Below are positions 48,201 to 54,488 of a stretch of DNA of 54,488 bases, in pieces. The DNA comes from a virus. Its lineage: Duplodnaviria > Heunggongvirae > Uroviricota > Caudoviricetes. The notes under the pieces are model-generated. The model was not told the origin of the DNA, did not search any database, and worked only from the letters and a program-made list of their open reading frames with translations. Made by a program: the position numbers and the translations under genes. How positions within the stretch are numbered: position 1 is the stretch's first letter; each line of letters starts with the position of its first letter. The stretch is taken from IMG/VR virus record IMGVR_UViG_3300042992_000089; one strand, written 5' to 3'.

Positions 48201-48700
48201 GATATGATAATAATGCATTAACTATCTTAAACACTGGTGCAAATATTGCAATGAGAGATAAGAAGATACCTCAAGTTATTAAGATATCAACATTGTCTAG
48301 AGAGAGCACTAAGGATATCATTGTATATAGTTGGGAAGAAATACCTGCAGGAAAGACAAGAGCAGAGATGGTCAAAGCATCAGATTTCTCTTTTATTAAG
48401 AAAGGGTTATTTAAGAAAGTGATAGATGATGGTATTGATCCTTTAATTACATATAACAGATCAGGATATACATTCATTGTCTACAAAGCCATCAATGCTT
48501 GGGGTGATAGTTTTAGAGCTAATGAGTTCTATGACTTTGCTAACAAGTCTAAGATTGATAATGGGTTCATAGAGGTAGATGAGGTTAGTGATGATACTAT
48601 TAAATCAGTATTCATAGGTGGTCAAAAGACTCCTCCTGTTGAAGCTTCAGAAATAGATGACGTATTAAATAAGAAAGATAAAGGCTGTAAAAAACAATAA
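36263..48700 (+). CDS. Giant virion protein: zincin-like protease domain plus virion RNA polymerase (double-psi beta-barrel)
   Basis: HEVFH at 42008-42022 followed by EQLAEEF; ETDGGG; FRIPTQ; catalytic GSDFDIDK (first Asp at 46118, residue 3286), the crAss-like vRNAP DxDxD motif. Confidence 0.9.
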   Translation: MADTPLIDRALLDSSLNDYTPTELPERPASVPYQSLRSQYEGTGIPMMDGEPTPTALSALENAVLTAGRNDGKKMAGGIDRTLTEVSSDRYKSFMPGDYNNEDAYAQSQSWASKMVNGVGKGLVLTGTTFLQSTVGLVNGLANFANSGRFADIYDNDMNRFLDEEVVKASENIMPNYYKAGEREQDWYSPSKLFSANFIWDGVVKNLGFAAGAALSGGAYAAALKSIPLTARLFSVGKGAQALAASEEALLAADKAASTYGKLKGLSDKFLSSYSSLGQGGRITVAALGTVGEAGFEAYHTLNDFRNKKIEEYKEANGGQAPMGEDLLKINQLSEEVGNSSYFANVGLLTATNYIQFPKILGATYKGEKGIVNSLTKEIGEITTDATGKYIAAPNRFGKILSTLNKVRPYTFSASEAFEEGAQYAIGKSTENYYNKKYNNEPTNWLDGVAAGISETLTTNEGMENILIGGLSGALMLGPGKFGEAKEKSKNTQAAITEFNNAILSDFSKEVKGSVNRGTTIQEERETAIRRGDILESKDLERDYIINYLTPRIKYGRFDLVQSDIAQYKTLAMTDEGFAQLQSEGKALDTDTKEAYLQRLANLEVTAQNIKSLYQSLDVRYGGLVNADGKPVYSPKVMDQMIYAATKVADYDERLPQLMTVLDAVGIDTTTVVNDLTNGDSDSYIAAVEKIKASKSINEDELMQTLEDVAELALRRDNFLFEYNDIKNNPSKYDTAETMDKDAPKKETVKVKTKDGEEDIEVDTEYYLGRTVKYDKDGNEVYGFPRLTILGENEDGTIKIKDSNGVVRDISKEELAGYKLGKVSDTLNNKKAKYYMEHSNTVFQFNFGKGKKVKGRLEYSPKDGVLNFVYRDTKGKIKSIEVTGSQFVAQEGYDVPMIMAVGELTPIQKQALDEFVSLKESKFSAKREARLKILNDMFDETSSKLMSTQKLLEQKYNELEKITGDLTNVETKLKAGEMTKKNAFKKTTANALRAASKLSKLRDKLIDEIRELESQQEELEFTQAYIADMVQNIGELPAESEDFINELKEQKSLVEDLILDTGKNINALSKLLTNVEKALDTAVDLALDLIKKFEAKYPNLPYTPLALQEYLNANPEVRRNNPELMSDLIEFERDLANIDELDVTPNERSVAELREELQGLQDQLKEYEQDLKAREAILTRFQDVAKAYKLQKEQEKKLKSDGKLINAVIGTLSKEQLDNTPYSVKYEPTSKKGPKILVTSTVASKNILGYARANYFGNKFNSFPNKNNIFGVLVTSANEDNIIPGLTSYLQNNNTDIDPTKTIALVMVEDQGNGNFVLVGQDGQPLAEGQDKLENAVFQVMPDESLQWGPDFGNETMFRSNTPEQTRKELKDQYIAFRNETLKDPAVRLQSITPSFGRPTRVSITLPDGKKVTDPSAAVSVKAAGLIEDKDLVEKQLIEVPTVAKDISKGSTEFTDVLGRIFLVLDNAYVKLKNRLFNTKEAETIYEVLNQLSNNVFDDGGVEARSEYLIDWLRSVTFWGKPKEGKDPGYNSIWFERADGELRLFFSGKGESLSFTPQAMETQKDAIVTLLQNMYNNVNARKVQNTDEYNLTYEEIIGIGENGIPQTKEWQNYQTYLLSDEGRTADEIPLFTDITALESPEDTNREGVYFTLSDAADNFTITEIVRTVPKTVVPGGIKPTAATPVSAEEETFTVGETQEAPIETKTGSKFVLDGKTKNIFITPKGTRIAFTANRNLLAKGDIDNGIKILKGEDLAKAEEALIAANVKKEDMGRALKAPIANFLNVPVQKATAVEEDEEAFAIPDETDADDVVIEIEEKAPAQITTKGPSVRSGAIKEALLEDEDGDLREILENEIKTFKSENWKKLEQWLRANLPNVPVYRVKNVIKATGGRKAWGMYKNGAIYVYTNAEAGTTYHEVFHAIWNMFSDPKERKAIVNEFKNRKGSFVDRVTGQEVKYSEATPGQIKEQLAEEFREYVLDKKVPPKPADGRPYIIKLFTDLANFIKEYFLGPQAARNTEELFKRIGEGYYKNASPYQSKLALAKPGIIDVEDAIGDPTSEYSLIANGLTGEQVHDTIQQMTYSTLTNLIATNQSLFDIPAKNRAVIYKEAKDNLKYTVVDKIKNIAAKLMKEGIATKEDVAPEVAKAEQLFAIIDKNWDEITQIFEEQLLSYSIEFDENDSTQTTNENNTGRGDYQESEKIDKFKKANAAIKLLLATIPYRNARGKRTLSSINGVRLIPMSKVYIDLKNALYNSDTVDDMMEKLREFVESQKPEYGVIYQRLTGQPSSEKLNPYANIKTDADLQLVTSFYNVMKGQAPDVVTVYTAPDGTVVTTDMSVGTASKQIAIDMENSIISSIQKNLGKYYRYDAPNKMYVAIKKNIENQQLGSLERSVLFMKSLGVDVPIRMIRRLGFESDFNKAVAGIKKNLLEAEQIKFISSKTINTAGRVKEIADMLAKIQNPDFESTYFNLEGDRVQSFIGGNAISSLRDFLTKISNKKQLVGSRYEYLLTDNFANIGSVFMDKIFDKDSGNKLPKGDEILSTAYAGGMIDEGLGKRKDPASLTPSERLKEELNLNLAGYYMNLVPGDASLDWANYVGNTVTLNSLKKDNSSIHKVFKGYFLSELAVSREGRKIVQDENETRKSTDLRFFKNILGPSLHEDIVSYDPSKEKSLEDVYTHFESRINTAIDAFVKKDIERRKAVYSNYNILSEDENGFNFNGVEFEKKRSLSENDVDVNIKYLSVNYMINNIELHKLVYSDPYFYKDELKRIKSFLSPRQAIIYGSAGLNAVMNNVYNDDYTDIDDLGYTDFTADYFKTITLEDVKGVADVEGFAKEYSSFTETDGGGMISMQAYRNFRIRASNWNPNEERQYRYDVAFEKRDKGQDLSPNESNLLEAGNPQVKSAYTPLKPVVAGAKMSKQSYNDVVLDKFALYPLSYRVLHEINKDSNAIKLYNKMQKDKIDYAVFDSGRKVGADVLVKLYDSKGNFNDAPIADADKINIPFSIISVQSEVPSKDEAFVTRGSQITKLVTLDFLQAGVPFDFMSDEKDFNKRLEAWENLEDETAMANASPFFKEILENQDLLEEMTDIGYKNLLDRLGIKQTKAGFEIVDPEKIAQTLRSELFKREVNRNIVAALVGFEKGQVLIEASPMYSQVRNILYSIVDKNIVRPKINGGLKVQIPSTGFESVRPVGKNGLFESDVLKFYEKGGERVAEVMVGRWFDSDMSDEDLLKYLNTTDEGQALLKGVAFRIPTQKQNSVDVIKIAKFLPKEFGDSVVVPAALVQKVGSDFDIDKLSMYFKNIYKGKDGKPKLIPYFGMGKDAIKKFEEMFDKGEFLTKEQLQELDRYIAEEQIMLEDLIEEKSNASKLITAIVGNLNGLINEEELTQEFTRGIKAKDQIINLLYKKSIENQYIQSLENIIGSEANYTRLVTPNNAKVLKDMSIDITDKLGLGSFDYSSTDNMLNQIFMSRLRQAFVRGKYAIGLAAVAQTNHAQNQRSNMYVDKSMMYKLSKSDQKWLGDANVNFSKYNTVRVGGRTVPSLSGIKDANNKYDISDIIGQFIDGYVDIAKGPWIMELGASPNVAPTWLFLVKIGVPIKEVAYFMNQPIIRDYVRELENSGYTWLFNDSTVAAIKDSEKYKVDPSKVQGLNSIPNVAALEKNIGKKSFDVAGKAEQQFILNEFLKYGMMANQLFKVVQGSNFDTTAFNDPMLIFKKEEQLSQARETIISSVDNLLNKSFIGRVRIGLRDSRNAIGQTALTSDTRRVRGVLQSVLRPYVNLNDRQFVKVARKAVNDLFDWAVQINPTFKINMERDLLSKDGTAKQITDYFNDIKNDPEHVLHNNVIVNSLAPKFAGTEEERPNNLYMPGKDNKVYDQNKVIYGFEELRNYMESTGDLPLYKKLVKLSILQSGLSTSAISFTSLIPYDDFVEEYNDILSKLETLPNLADFATLNVFERNNWNDDEIVPHKKAQWKTEKQKDGKLKTRYDNNALTILNTGANIAMRDKKIPQVIKISTLSRESTKDIIVYSWEEIPAGKTRAEMVKASDFSFIKKGLFKKVIDDGIDPLITYNRSGYTFIVYKAINAWGDSFRANEFYDFANKSKIDNGFIEVDEVSDDTIKSVFIGGQKTPPVEASEIDDVLNKKDKGCKKQ

Positions 48701-48711
48701 AATCAATCCAA

Positions 48712-51700
48712 ATGGCTGAATGTCAAGTATTTAGAAATGATGATGGTGTAATTGAAAGAGTAGAAGCTCCTAATGGGCAGCCTTCTACTCTATATAAAAC
48801 TCTGCAAGATCTTGTAAAAGACAAGGAGCAAGCCTTACGTCTATGGGCACAGGTGTACACTGGTTCATTTAAGAACTGGTTTGGTGATTGGGAAAGAAAG
48901 CAAGGTTCTAAAGTAGTTGATGAAAATGGTGAACCATTAATAGTAAATGGTGATAAATTTCAATCAGATATAGTAACACCTGGACCTAATCAATTTAAGT
49001 CTGTACTTAATGAAGGATCATTTGCCATTGACAAGGGTGGATATGATAATACACAGGTAAGAACAGAAGCTATTCCTAGTGGAGAGGGAGTGGTAGCACG
49101 TAAGACAGCAAGAAGACAAGAACTTGAATCACTTGGTGCATTTAATGTACAGTTTGTTGAAGGAGGGATTAAGTATAGCTTTGATCCTACTAATGTTTAT
49201 TTCCAAGATAAGAACATGGCAAGTTCTATTGCTTCTCCACAGACTGTGGCTAAGATAAAAGAAGTGCTTGCTAAAATGGGTGTTAGCATAGAAGACTTAT
49301 ATGAATATGCAAAAAACACAGACATTGATGTAAAAGGTAAGACAGCATTAGCTGACCTTACTAGAGGTGTCATAGCCATAGCTAATCAACAAGAAGGACA
49401 AGCATTAACAGAGGAGATGGTACACATAGCTACAGCTATGATAGAACAAACCAACCCTGGATTAATTACTCAAATGATTTCTAAGATAGATAGATTTAAA
49501 ATCTACAAGGAAACATATGATGCATACAAAGACACTTATACACTTCCTAATAGCAAACCTGACATTCGTAAGATAAAGAAGGAGGCTGTAGATAAGTTAA
49601 TAACTGAACTGATTGTTAACCAAATGGAGAACACAGATCAGTTCCCTGAGTTAAGAGAAGAAATTAATCAATCTTTTGTAAGAAACCTATGGAATGCTAT
49701 TCTTGATTTCATTAATGGAATGTATAGAAAAGCAAACATTGATATATTTACAGAGGTAGCTTCTCAGATAGGATCAGGAGATATCAGTGGTGATATAGCT
49801 GACATCAAACAAGGAGGTATATTCTTCCAATTGTCTGATGCTCAGAAAAAAATTACAGATAGCTTAGATCAAACTAAGAATACTATAACTAAGGTTTATG
49901 AAGATCAAGAAAAGGTAGATCCTATTCTATTAGATTCAGAAGAAGCAAGTAACTTTTATCAAGCTCAGAAACCTGATGGTACAACTGAAAGAGTACTCAA
50001 GAGAGTTACTGACAGAGTAAAGGCTTGGTATAAAAAGAAGTTTCCTGGTAAGGTGTTTACTAAACAAGAGAAAGAGTTCAATGAACTAAAAAGAAAGTTT
50101 GGTGTTAAAGGACACCAAGATCTTGAGGATATCCATCATAGATACTATAATGAAGATGGTACAAGAAGAGTAAAACCTGTAGATGCTCCAAGCACATTTA
50201 ACTTAGAGACTAAACAGATGTATCAACTTCTTGAAAACTATTATGTAAAATTAATTGATAGTTTCCCAGAGGGTACAATCATTAGAGCTGAGGTTATTAT
50301 ATACAATCCTAAAGATAAAGAAGCTGGTACAATTGACTTCTTAGCAATTGAGCCAGATGGTAAAACGCATATACTAGACTGGAAGTTCTTGCAGTTTGCA
50401 GAAGGTTCAGAAGATGTAGCGTTCTTTAAACAAGGGGCATATGATATACAGTTAGGAACTTACAAAGACATCTTACGTAACTATTATGGAGTTAAGAGCT
50501 TTGGTATGACTAGAGCTATTCCTATAATGATGAAGATGGAAACACAGAACAAACCAGATGGTACATCTGAGAATGTTATAAAAGGTATAGCAGTGGGTTC
50601 TGTAAATGCAAAAGAGATTACAGACTTAAGATTACTTCCTGTATCTGAAAAGACAGAGTCTACTGGTTATGAAAAACTTGATAAGTATTTGGCAAAGTTA
50701 AATACTCTATACGAGCGTATTTCTGGTCAGAAAGCTGAAGAGGAAGAGCGTCAATTTAAGTATGCTCGTATGAGAGAACTTAAGAGAGCCATTCGTCTTG
50801 CACAAGGAACAGGAAACATTGCTGAATTAATCAATGTAATTCTAACAACTAGAGCTAAGGGAGAGCAAATCATCAATACATATGACACTATATTCAAAGA
50901 TAGAGATGCTTCTTCTGAAGACTCTACTAATAAAGAACTGTCTGAGTTTGCAGGAGAGTTAAGAAATTATATAGAGACTGCTGAAATCTTTGATAGAGTT
51001 GATGCTGAGATTGGTGATCTTATATATAGTCCTGAGATGGAAATAGACGCTAAGACTGATGAAGATAAAAAGTTACTTACTGAGTTAAGAGAATTAAGAG
51101 CTAACCTTGAAAAGGAAGCTAAGAACATCTACAAGTCTAAGCAAGAGCTTATTGACATTGCTTTTAAGTTTGCAGATAAACATATAGGTCAAAGAAACTT
51201 AACAACAGGATTAACCAAACCTGAGGTTGTTACAAAAGGATTGGCTGCTAACTTTAGAGGTGTAGAAGACCTTGGACAAAGATCTTTGAACGTACTTGCT
51301 AAATTAAATAGACAAGCTAGAAGCAATGCTAATGCTGATTCCTTAGAAGAGATTAAAGAGCTAATGGAGATCAGAGAGAGGTTTGTTAAAAGAGGTGGTG
51401 ATATCAGACAAACTATCAAAAAGGTATATCAAAAGGATGAGAAGGGACAATGGATAAACAGACTGATCTACAAATATGATGAAAAGTTTCGTAGTGAGGT
51501 TGATGCCAGAGCTGCAGCAGGAGGAGATATAACTTGGCTTAAAAATAACATTGATATAGAAGCATATAAGAAAGAAGCTGATGCTGTGTTAGAAAAGAAT
51601 CTTAAGCGTATCAATGATGACTTCCCTGGTAACAGTCCAGAGATTGTAGAGAAAAGAGAGAAAGCAATTATTCAAGAGAGTCGTAAGTATGACATAACTA

Positions 51701-53946
51701 GAAAGGACTTTAATGGTTGGAACAACTACATCATTAAAAACCATCCTTTAAGTAAGTGGGAATCAGCTGAGTATAAGGACATTAAGAATGATCCAGATCT
51801 ATTTGCATTGTATAACTTCATTAGTAAGACTAATAAAAAAGCTAAAGATGAAGGGTTTATTCAAAACTCTATATCTTCTTTCTTCTTACCATTTGTTAGA
51901 AAAACAATGGCAGAGAGTCTTGTTTGGGATGGTAAGTTATCTGTAATGGAAAACTTCTATCAAAGCTTAAAGATTAATCCTGATGATGTAGGATATGGTA
52001 AGTTTGATGAGATTACAGGTAAGATGGAAAACTCTATACCTAAGTATTATACATATGACTTTACAAATACAGATGGTGTAAATGATTATTCTGAGGTGAG
52101 TGAAGACTTATTTAAGAACATGATTTTGTACATCCAACAGATTAATAAATACAAATATCTAACAGAGGTAGAAGAACAAGTTAAGTTCTTAAGTACAATT
52201 GAAGAATTTAAGAACGCTCACCTTGCTGTGGATAGAGTGAGTAATATTGTATTGGATGATGATGGTGAACCTAAGGTGATGACAGGTAACGCTGAAAACA
52301 TGAAGACCTTAGATGAGTTTACAAGAGCTGTCTTCTATGAACAAAAGTATGTACTATCTGATACTGACACTCCTTTGTACTTTGGCAAGGTGGTAAATGG
52401 TATGAAAGGTGTAGTTAACTCTATAGCTGGAAGAGAAGTGTTTAAACCAAATGAAGAAGTGTCAGCAACATCTATGATTAAAACCATGGATGCTATGAAT
52501 AGAGGATTCCAAATAAAGACTCTTGGTCTTGAGTTTTTATCAGGTGCTGTCAATGCATTTGGTACAAACATTCAGATGGCTGCACAAGCAGGAGAATACT
52601 TCAAAGCTAGAGAGTTTGCTAAGAATGAAGCAAAGCTTTTATTACAAAATGTAGGTGATAAAGAAAAGTTTGTTCAACTACTTAATACATTCTTACCTCT
52701 TTCAGAAGACCCTTCTTATGAGCTATTTAAGAAAGCAGGTTTAACTACATTAACTCAGAACAATCTAGGAGACATGTTAATGATCTTTATGAAGTATCCT
52801 GAACAACATGCAGAAAAGGCAACCTTCTTTACATTATTAGAAAACACAATGGTGGTAGATGGTAAGATTGTGAGTATTCCTAAATATGTAAAAAACAAAT
52901 ATAAAGATCGTAACTCTAGTCAAGCTAGATATAGAGAAACTAAACCTTTGATAGAGAAGGAGATAGAGGAGTTAAAGAAAGACAAATCTATTGCTGTTAC
53001 ATCAAAGATGGAAGATGGCAAGTTAGTCATCCCTGGTTTGGATCTAAGCAACAAGAAAGAGTTACAAAGACTGGGGTTATTAAGTAGACGTCTATCTGAA
53101 GCAGCAACTGGTAATACTAGCAAGGAAAACATGAACAGAATGGGTATGTCTATTTGGACAGCTAGTATGATGGTATTTAAAAGATGGATTCCTAAACTTG
53201 CTGATACACGTTTCTCTGAATTTAGAAAGGTATCAAATGACTTCTCTGTAGAGTTTGGAGAAGAAGGTATAGAAGGAGAAAGTTATGATATTGGTAGGCT
53301 TCGTCTGCTAGGTTCTGTATTAGGAAGATCTATAATGGAACGTAGTAATTATATTAAGGACATTCTTGCTATGAATGATGCTGGTATTGCAGAGCTTGAT
53401 AGAATGTTCTTTGAATACGCTCAGGAGTTCAAAAAAAGAACTGGTGAAGAAATGACTATGTCTAAGGATGACTTTATAGATATGGTTAGAAACAACTTAC
53501 GTAACCAGCTTAAGGAATTAACTATCTTGTTATCTTTGTTTGGAGCAATGCTTGCTCTTGGTGTAATGGCCCCAGATGATGATGAAGGAGATAGAGCTTC
53601 TAGAAACTTCCATAGATATAGTCAAAAGGTAGTTGATAGATTTGTAGGTGAGCTTTCATTCTTCTACAATCCTGCTGAGGTACAAAAGCTAGCTAGTGGT
53701 AGCATCTTCCCAGCAATTGGTCTATTAGATGATGTAACTAAGTTTACAAGACACTTCTTTATAGAAACAACAGGCATGGACTTTGATCCAAGCACAACAG
53801 ATGAAGAAGCTAGAAAGAAAGCAAGACCTATCAAGTACTTAATGAAAGCAGCTCCTGTAACTAAATCTTTCTTAACTTATGGAGCTATATTTAGCCCTGA
53901 GTTTGCTACAGAGTTTGACATAACCATACAGAAACAAAATAGATAG
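48712..53946 (+). CDS. Large cargo protein with PD-(D/E)XK nuclease-like domain
   Basis: AGTID(542)...ILDWK(556-558)...QLGTY; degenerate EEMVH zincin-like motif; hydrophobic C-terminal segment LTILLSLFGAMLALGVMA. Confidence 0.7.
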   Translation: MAECQVFRNDDGVIERVEAPNGQPSTLYKTLQDLVKDKEQALRLWAQVYTGSFKNWFGDWERKQGSKVVDENGEPLIVNGDKFQSDIVTPGPNQFKSVLNEGSFAIDKGGYDNTQVRTEAIPSGEGVVARKTARRQELESLGAFNVQFVEGGIKYSFDPTNVYFQDKNMASSIASPQTVAKIKEVLAKMGVSIEDLYEYAKNTDIDVKGKTALADLTRGVIAIANQQEGQALTEEMVHIATAMIEQTNPGLITQMISKIDRFKIYKETYDAYKDTYTLPNSKPDIRKIKKEAVDKLITELIVNQMENTDQFPELREEINQSFVRNLWNAILDFINGMYRKANIDIFTEVASQIGSGDISGDIADIKQGGIFFQLSDAQKKITDSLDQTKNTITKVYEDQEKVDPILLDSEEASNFYQAQKPDGTTERVLKRVTDRVKAWYKKKFPGKVFTKQEKEFNELKRKFGVKGHQDLEDIHHRYYNEDGTRRVKPVDAPSTFNLETKQMYQLLENYYVKLIDSFPEGTIIRAEVIIYNPKDKEAGTIDFLAIEPDGKTHILDWKFLQFAEGSEDVAFFKQGAYDIQLGTYKDILRNYYGVKSFGMTRAIPIMMKMETQNKPDGTSENVIKGIAVGSVNAKEITDLRLLPVSEKTESTGYEKLDKYLAKLNTLYERISGQKAEEEERQFKYARMRELKRAIRLAQGTGNIAELINVILTTRAKGEQIINTYDTIFKDRDASSEDSTNKELSEFAGELRNYIETAEIFDRVDAEIGDLIYSPEMEIDAKTDEDKKLLTELRELRANLEKEAKNIYKSKQELIDIAFKFADKHIGQRNLTTGLTKPEVVTKGLAANFRGVEDLGQRSLNVLAKLNRQARSNANADSLEEIKELMEIRERFVKRGGDIRQTIKKVYQKDEKGQWINRLIYKYDEKFRSEVDARAAAGGDITWLKNNIDIEAYKKEADAVLEKNLKRINDDFPGNSPEIVEKREKAIIQESRKYDITRKDFNGWNNYIIKNHPLSKWESAEYKDIKNDPDLFALYNFISKTNKKAKDEGFIQNSISSFFLPFVRKTMAESLVWDGKLSVMENFYQSLKINPDDVGYGKFDEITGKMENSIPKYYTYDFTNTDGVNDYSEVSEDLFKNMILYIQQINKYKYLTEVEEQVKFLSTIEEFKNAHLAVDRVSNIVLDDDGEPKVMTGNAENMKTLDEFTRAVFYEQKYVLSDTDTPLYFGKVVNGMKGVVNSIAGREVFKPNEEVSATSMIKTMDAMNRGFQIKTLGLEFLSGAVNAFGTNIQMAAQAGEYFKAREFAKNEAKLLLQNVGDKEKFVQLLNTFLPLSEDPSYELFKKAGLTTLTQNNLGDMLMIFMKYPEQHAEKATFFTLLENTMVVDGKIVSIPKYVKNKYKDRNSSQARYRETKPLIEKEIEELKKDKSIAVTSKMEDGKLVIPGLDLSNKKELQRLGLLSRRLSEAATGNTSKENMNRMGMSIWTASMMVFKRWIPKLADTRFSEFRKVSNDFSVEFGEEGIEGESYDIGRLRLLGSVLGRSIMERSNYIKDILAMNDAGIAELDRMFFEYAQEFKKRTGEEMTMSKDDFIDMVRNNLRNQLKELTILLSLFGAMLALGVMAPDDDEGDRASRNFHRYSQKVVDRFVGELSFFYNPAEVQKLASGSIFPAIGLLDDVTKFTRHFFIETTGMDFDPSTTDEEARKKARPIKYLMKAAPVTKSFLTYGAIFSPEFATEFDITIQKQNR

Positions 53947-53984
53947 TTATTGCTATATTATGTAGGAATAATTTTCCTAACTCA

Positions 53985-54013
53985 TTGAAAATAAATTAAA
54001 TTCACTACTTTTG
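53985..54013 (+). promoter_or_regulatory. Putative promoter (TTG-N18-TACTTTTG)
   Basis: Exact TAnnTTTG 54006-54013 with TTG at 53985-53987; intergenic, upstream of the 54116 gene. Confidence 0.5.
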
Positions 54014-54018
54014 CTAAT

Positions 54019-54053
54019 ATAGGTGCATTCTTTCTACAAAAGTGCACCTATTT
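54019..54053 (+). terminator. Stable hairpin (weak terminator or leader hairpin)
   Basis: 9-bp stem ataggtgca/tgcacctat with inner pairing; only a short T-run follows. Confidence 0.45.
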
Positions 54054-54115
54054 GCATATCATTGATGTACATATAAAATATATTTATAATGTCATCTTTT
54101 TAATCTAAGACACAC

Positions 54116-54488
54116 ATGGCTAACATTACTTGTAATGCACAACAGTGCCCAATTATACTAGATAGCACCTGCGTTTTCTACGAAGGTCCTAACTTGGTAT
54201 TTAGTGGTATTAATACTAATGACAATTTACAAACTGTAATACAGAAGATTAATGCTGCATTTGCTACAAATGGCTATGGTACGTCAGGTACTTCTGGAGC
54301 TAGTGGCACATCTGGCAGTTCTGGTAGCAGTGGTAAATCTGGTACAAGTGGTACGTCTGCATCTTCTGGTTCCTCTGGATCAAGTGGTACGTCTGGTAAA
54401 TCTGGAACATCAGGTACTTCTGGTAGTTCAGGCTCATCAGGTACTTCAGGTTCTTCTGGATCGAGTGGTACATCAGGTTCATCTGGAA
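54116..54488 (+). CDS. Second collagen-like fibre protein (3'-truncated; absent from the ORF track)
   Basis: MANITCNAQQCPIILDSTCVFYEGPNLVFSGINTNDNLQTVIQKINAAFATNGY then continuous GTS/GSS triplets to the window edge. Confidence 0.85.
   Translation, partial: MANITCNAQQCPIILDSTCVFYEGPNLVFSGINTNDNLQTVIQKINAAFATNGYGTSGTSGASGTSGSSGSSGKSGTSGTSASSGSSGSSGTSGKSGTSGTSGSSGSSGTSGSSGSSGTSGSSG

Noticed and set aside
36263-48700. Intein or group I intron/homing endonuclease inflating the RNAP gene
   Set aside because: No intein splice-junction or LAGLIDADG/HNH motifs recognised and no frame interruption; a divergent mini-intein cannot be excluded without an HMM search.
242-54482. Minus-strand and alternate-frame ORFs in the supplied track (e.g. 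12711-12980, 13233-13448, 25223-25591, 41101-41922, 54300-54482)
   Set aside because: They lie inside long plus-strand genes and are shadows of GTS/Thr repeats or codon bias; no recognisable motifs.
1-54488. Stop-codon reassignment (TAG to Gln or TGA to Trp) known in some crAss-like phages
   Set aside because: ORFs of 4145, 1853 and 1744 aa are uninterrupted in the standard code, and TAG (4028, 10887, 53946) and TGA (8179) end genes at sensible boundaries.

Overview
AT-rich, gene-dense, entirely plus-strand segment of a crAss-like (Crassvirales-type) bacteriophage, most likely infecting a Bacteroidota host (TTG/TAnnTTTG-type promoters, A-rich leaders without Shine-Dalgarno). It covers the morphogenesis and ejection region: terminase large subunit (3' part), portal, an inserted SPFH gene, scaffold-like protein, major capsid protein, capsid and tail-ring genes, a fibre/adhesin cassette (tail-collar protein, collagen-like fibre with S74 chaperone, BNR propeller), an HTH-metallophosphoesterase, ring/IHF-like/ring genes, a tail stabilisation (muzzle) protein that appears split by an adhesin-like cassette, five cargo/ejection genes including a 4145-aa zincin + virion RNA polymerase (DFDID) protein, and the start of a second collagen-like fibre gene. 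Standard genetic code; no tRNA, CRISPR array, integrase or reverse transcriptase seen. Most notable: a cargo protein carries a protein-level copy of the capsid N-terminal peptide (PGxxGFTYARVA); a compact structured-RNA array with a near-perfect three-way junction follows the capsid gene; the muzzle gene looks split and re-capped with a small repeated 'GPF' domain; a polyvalent cargo protein is built from enzyme cassettes bracketed by short repeated peptides; and two promoters share a palindromic operator at the same spacing. All assignments come from reading motifs and gene order by eye; no database searches or folding programs were run.
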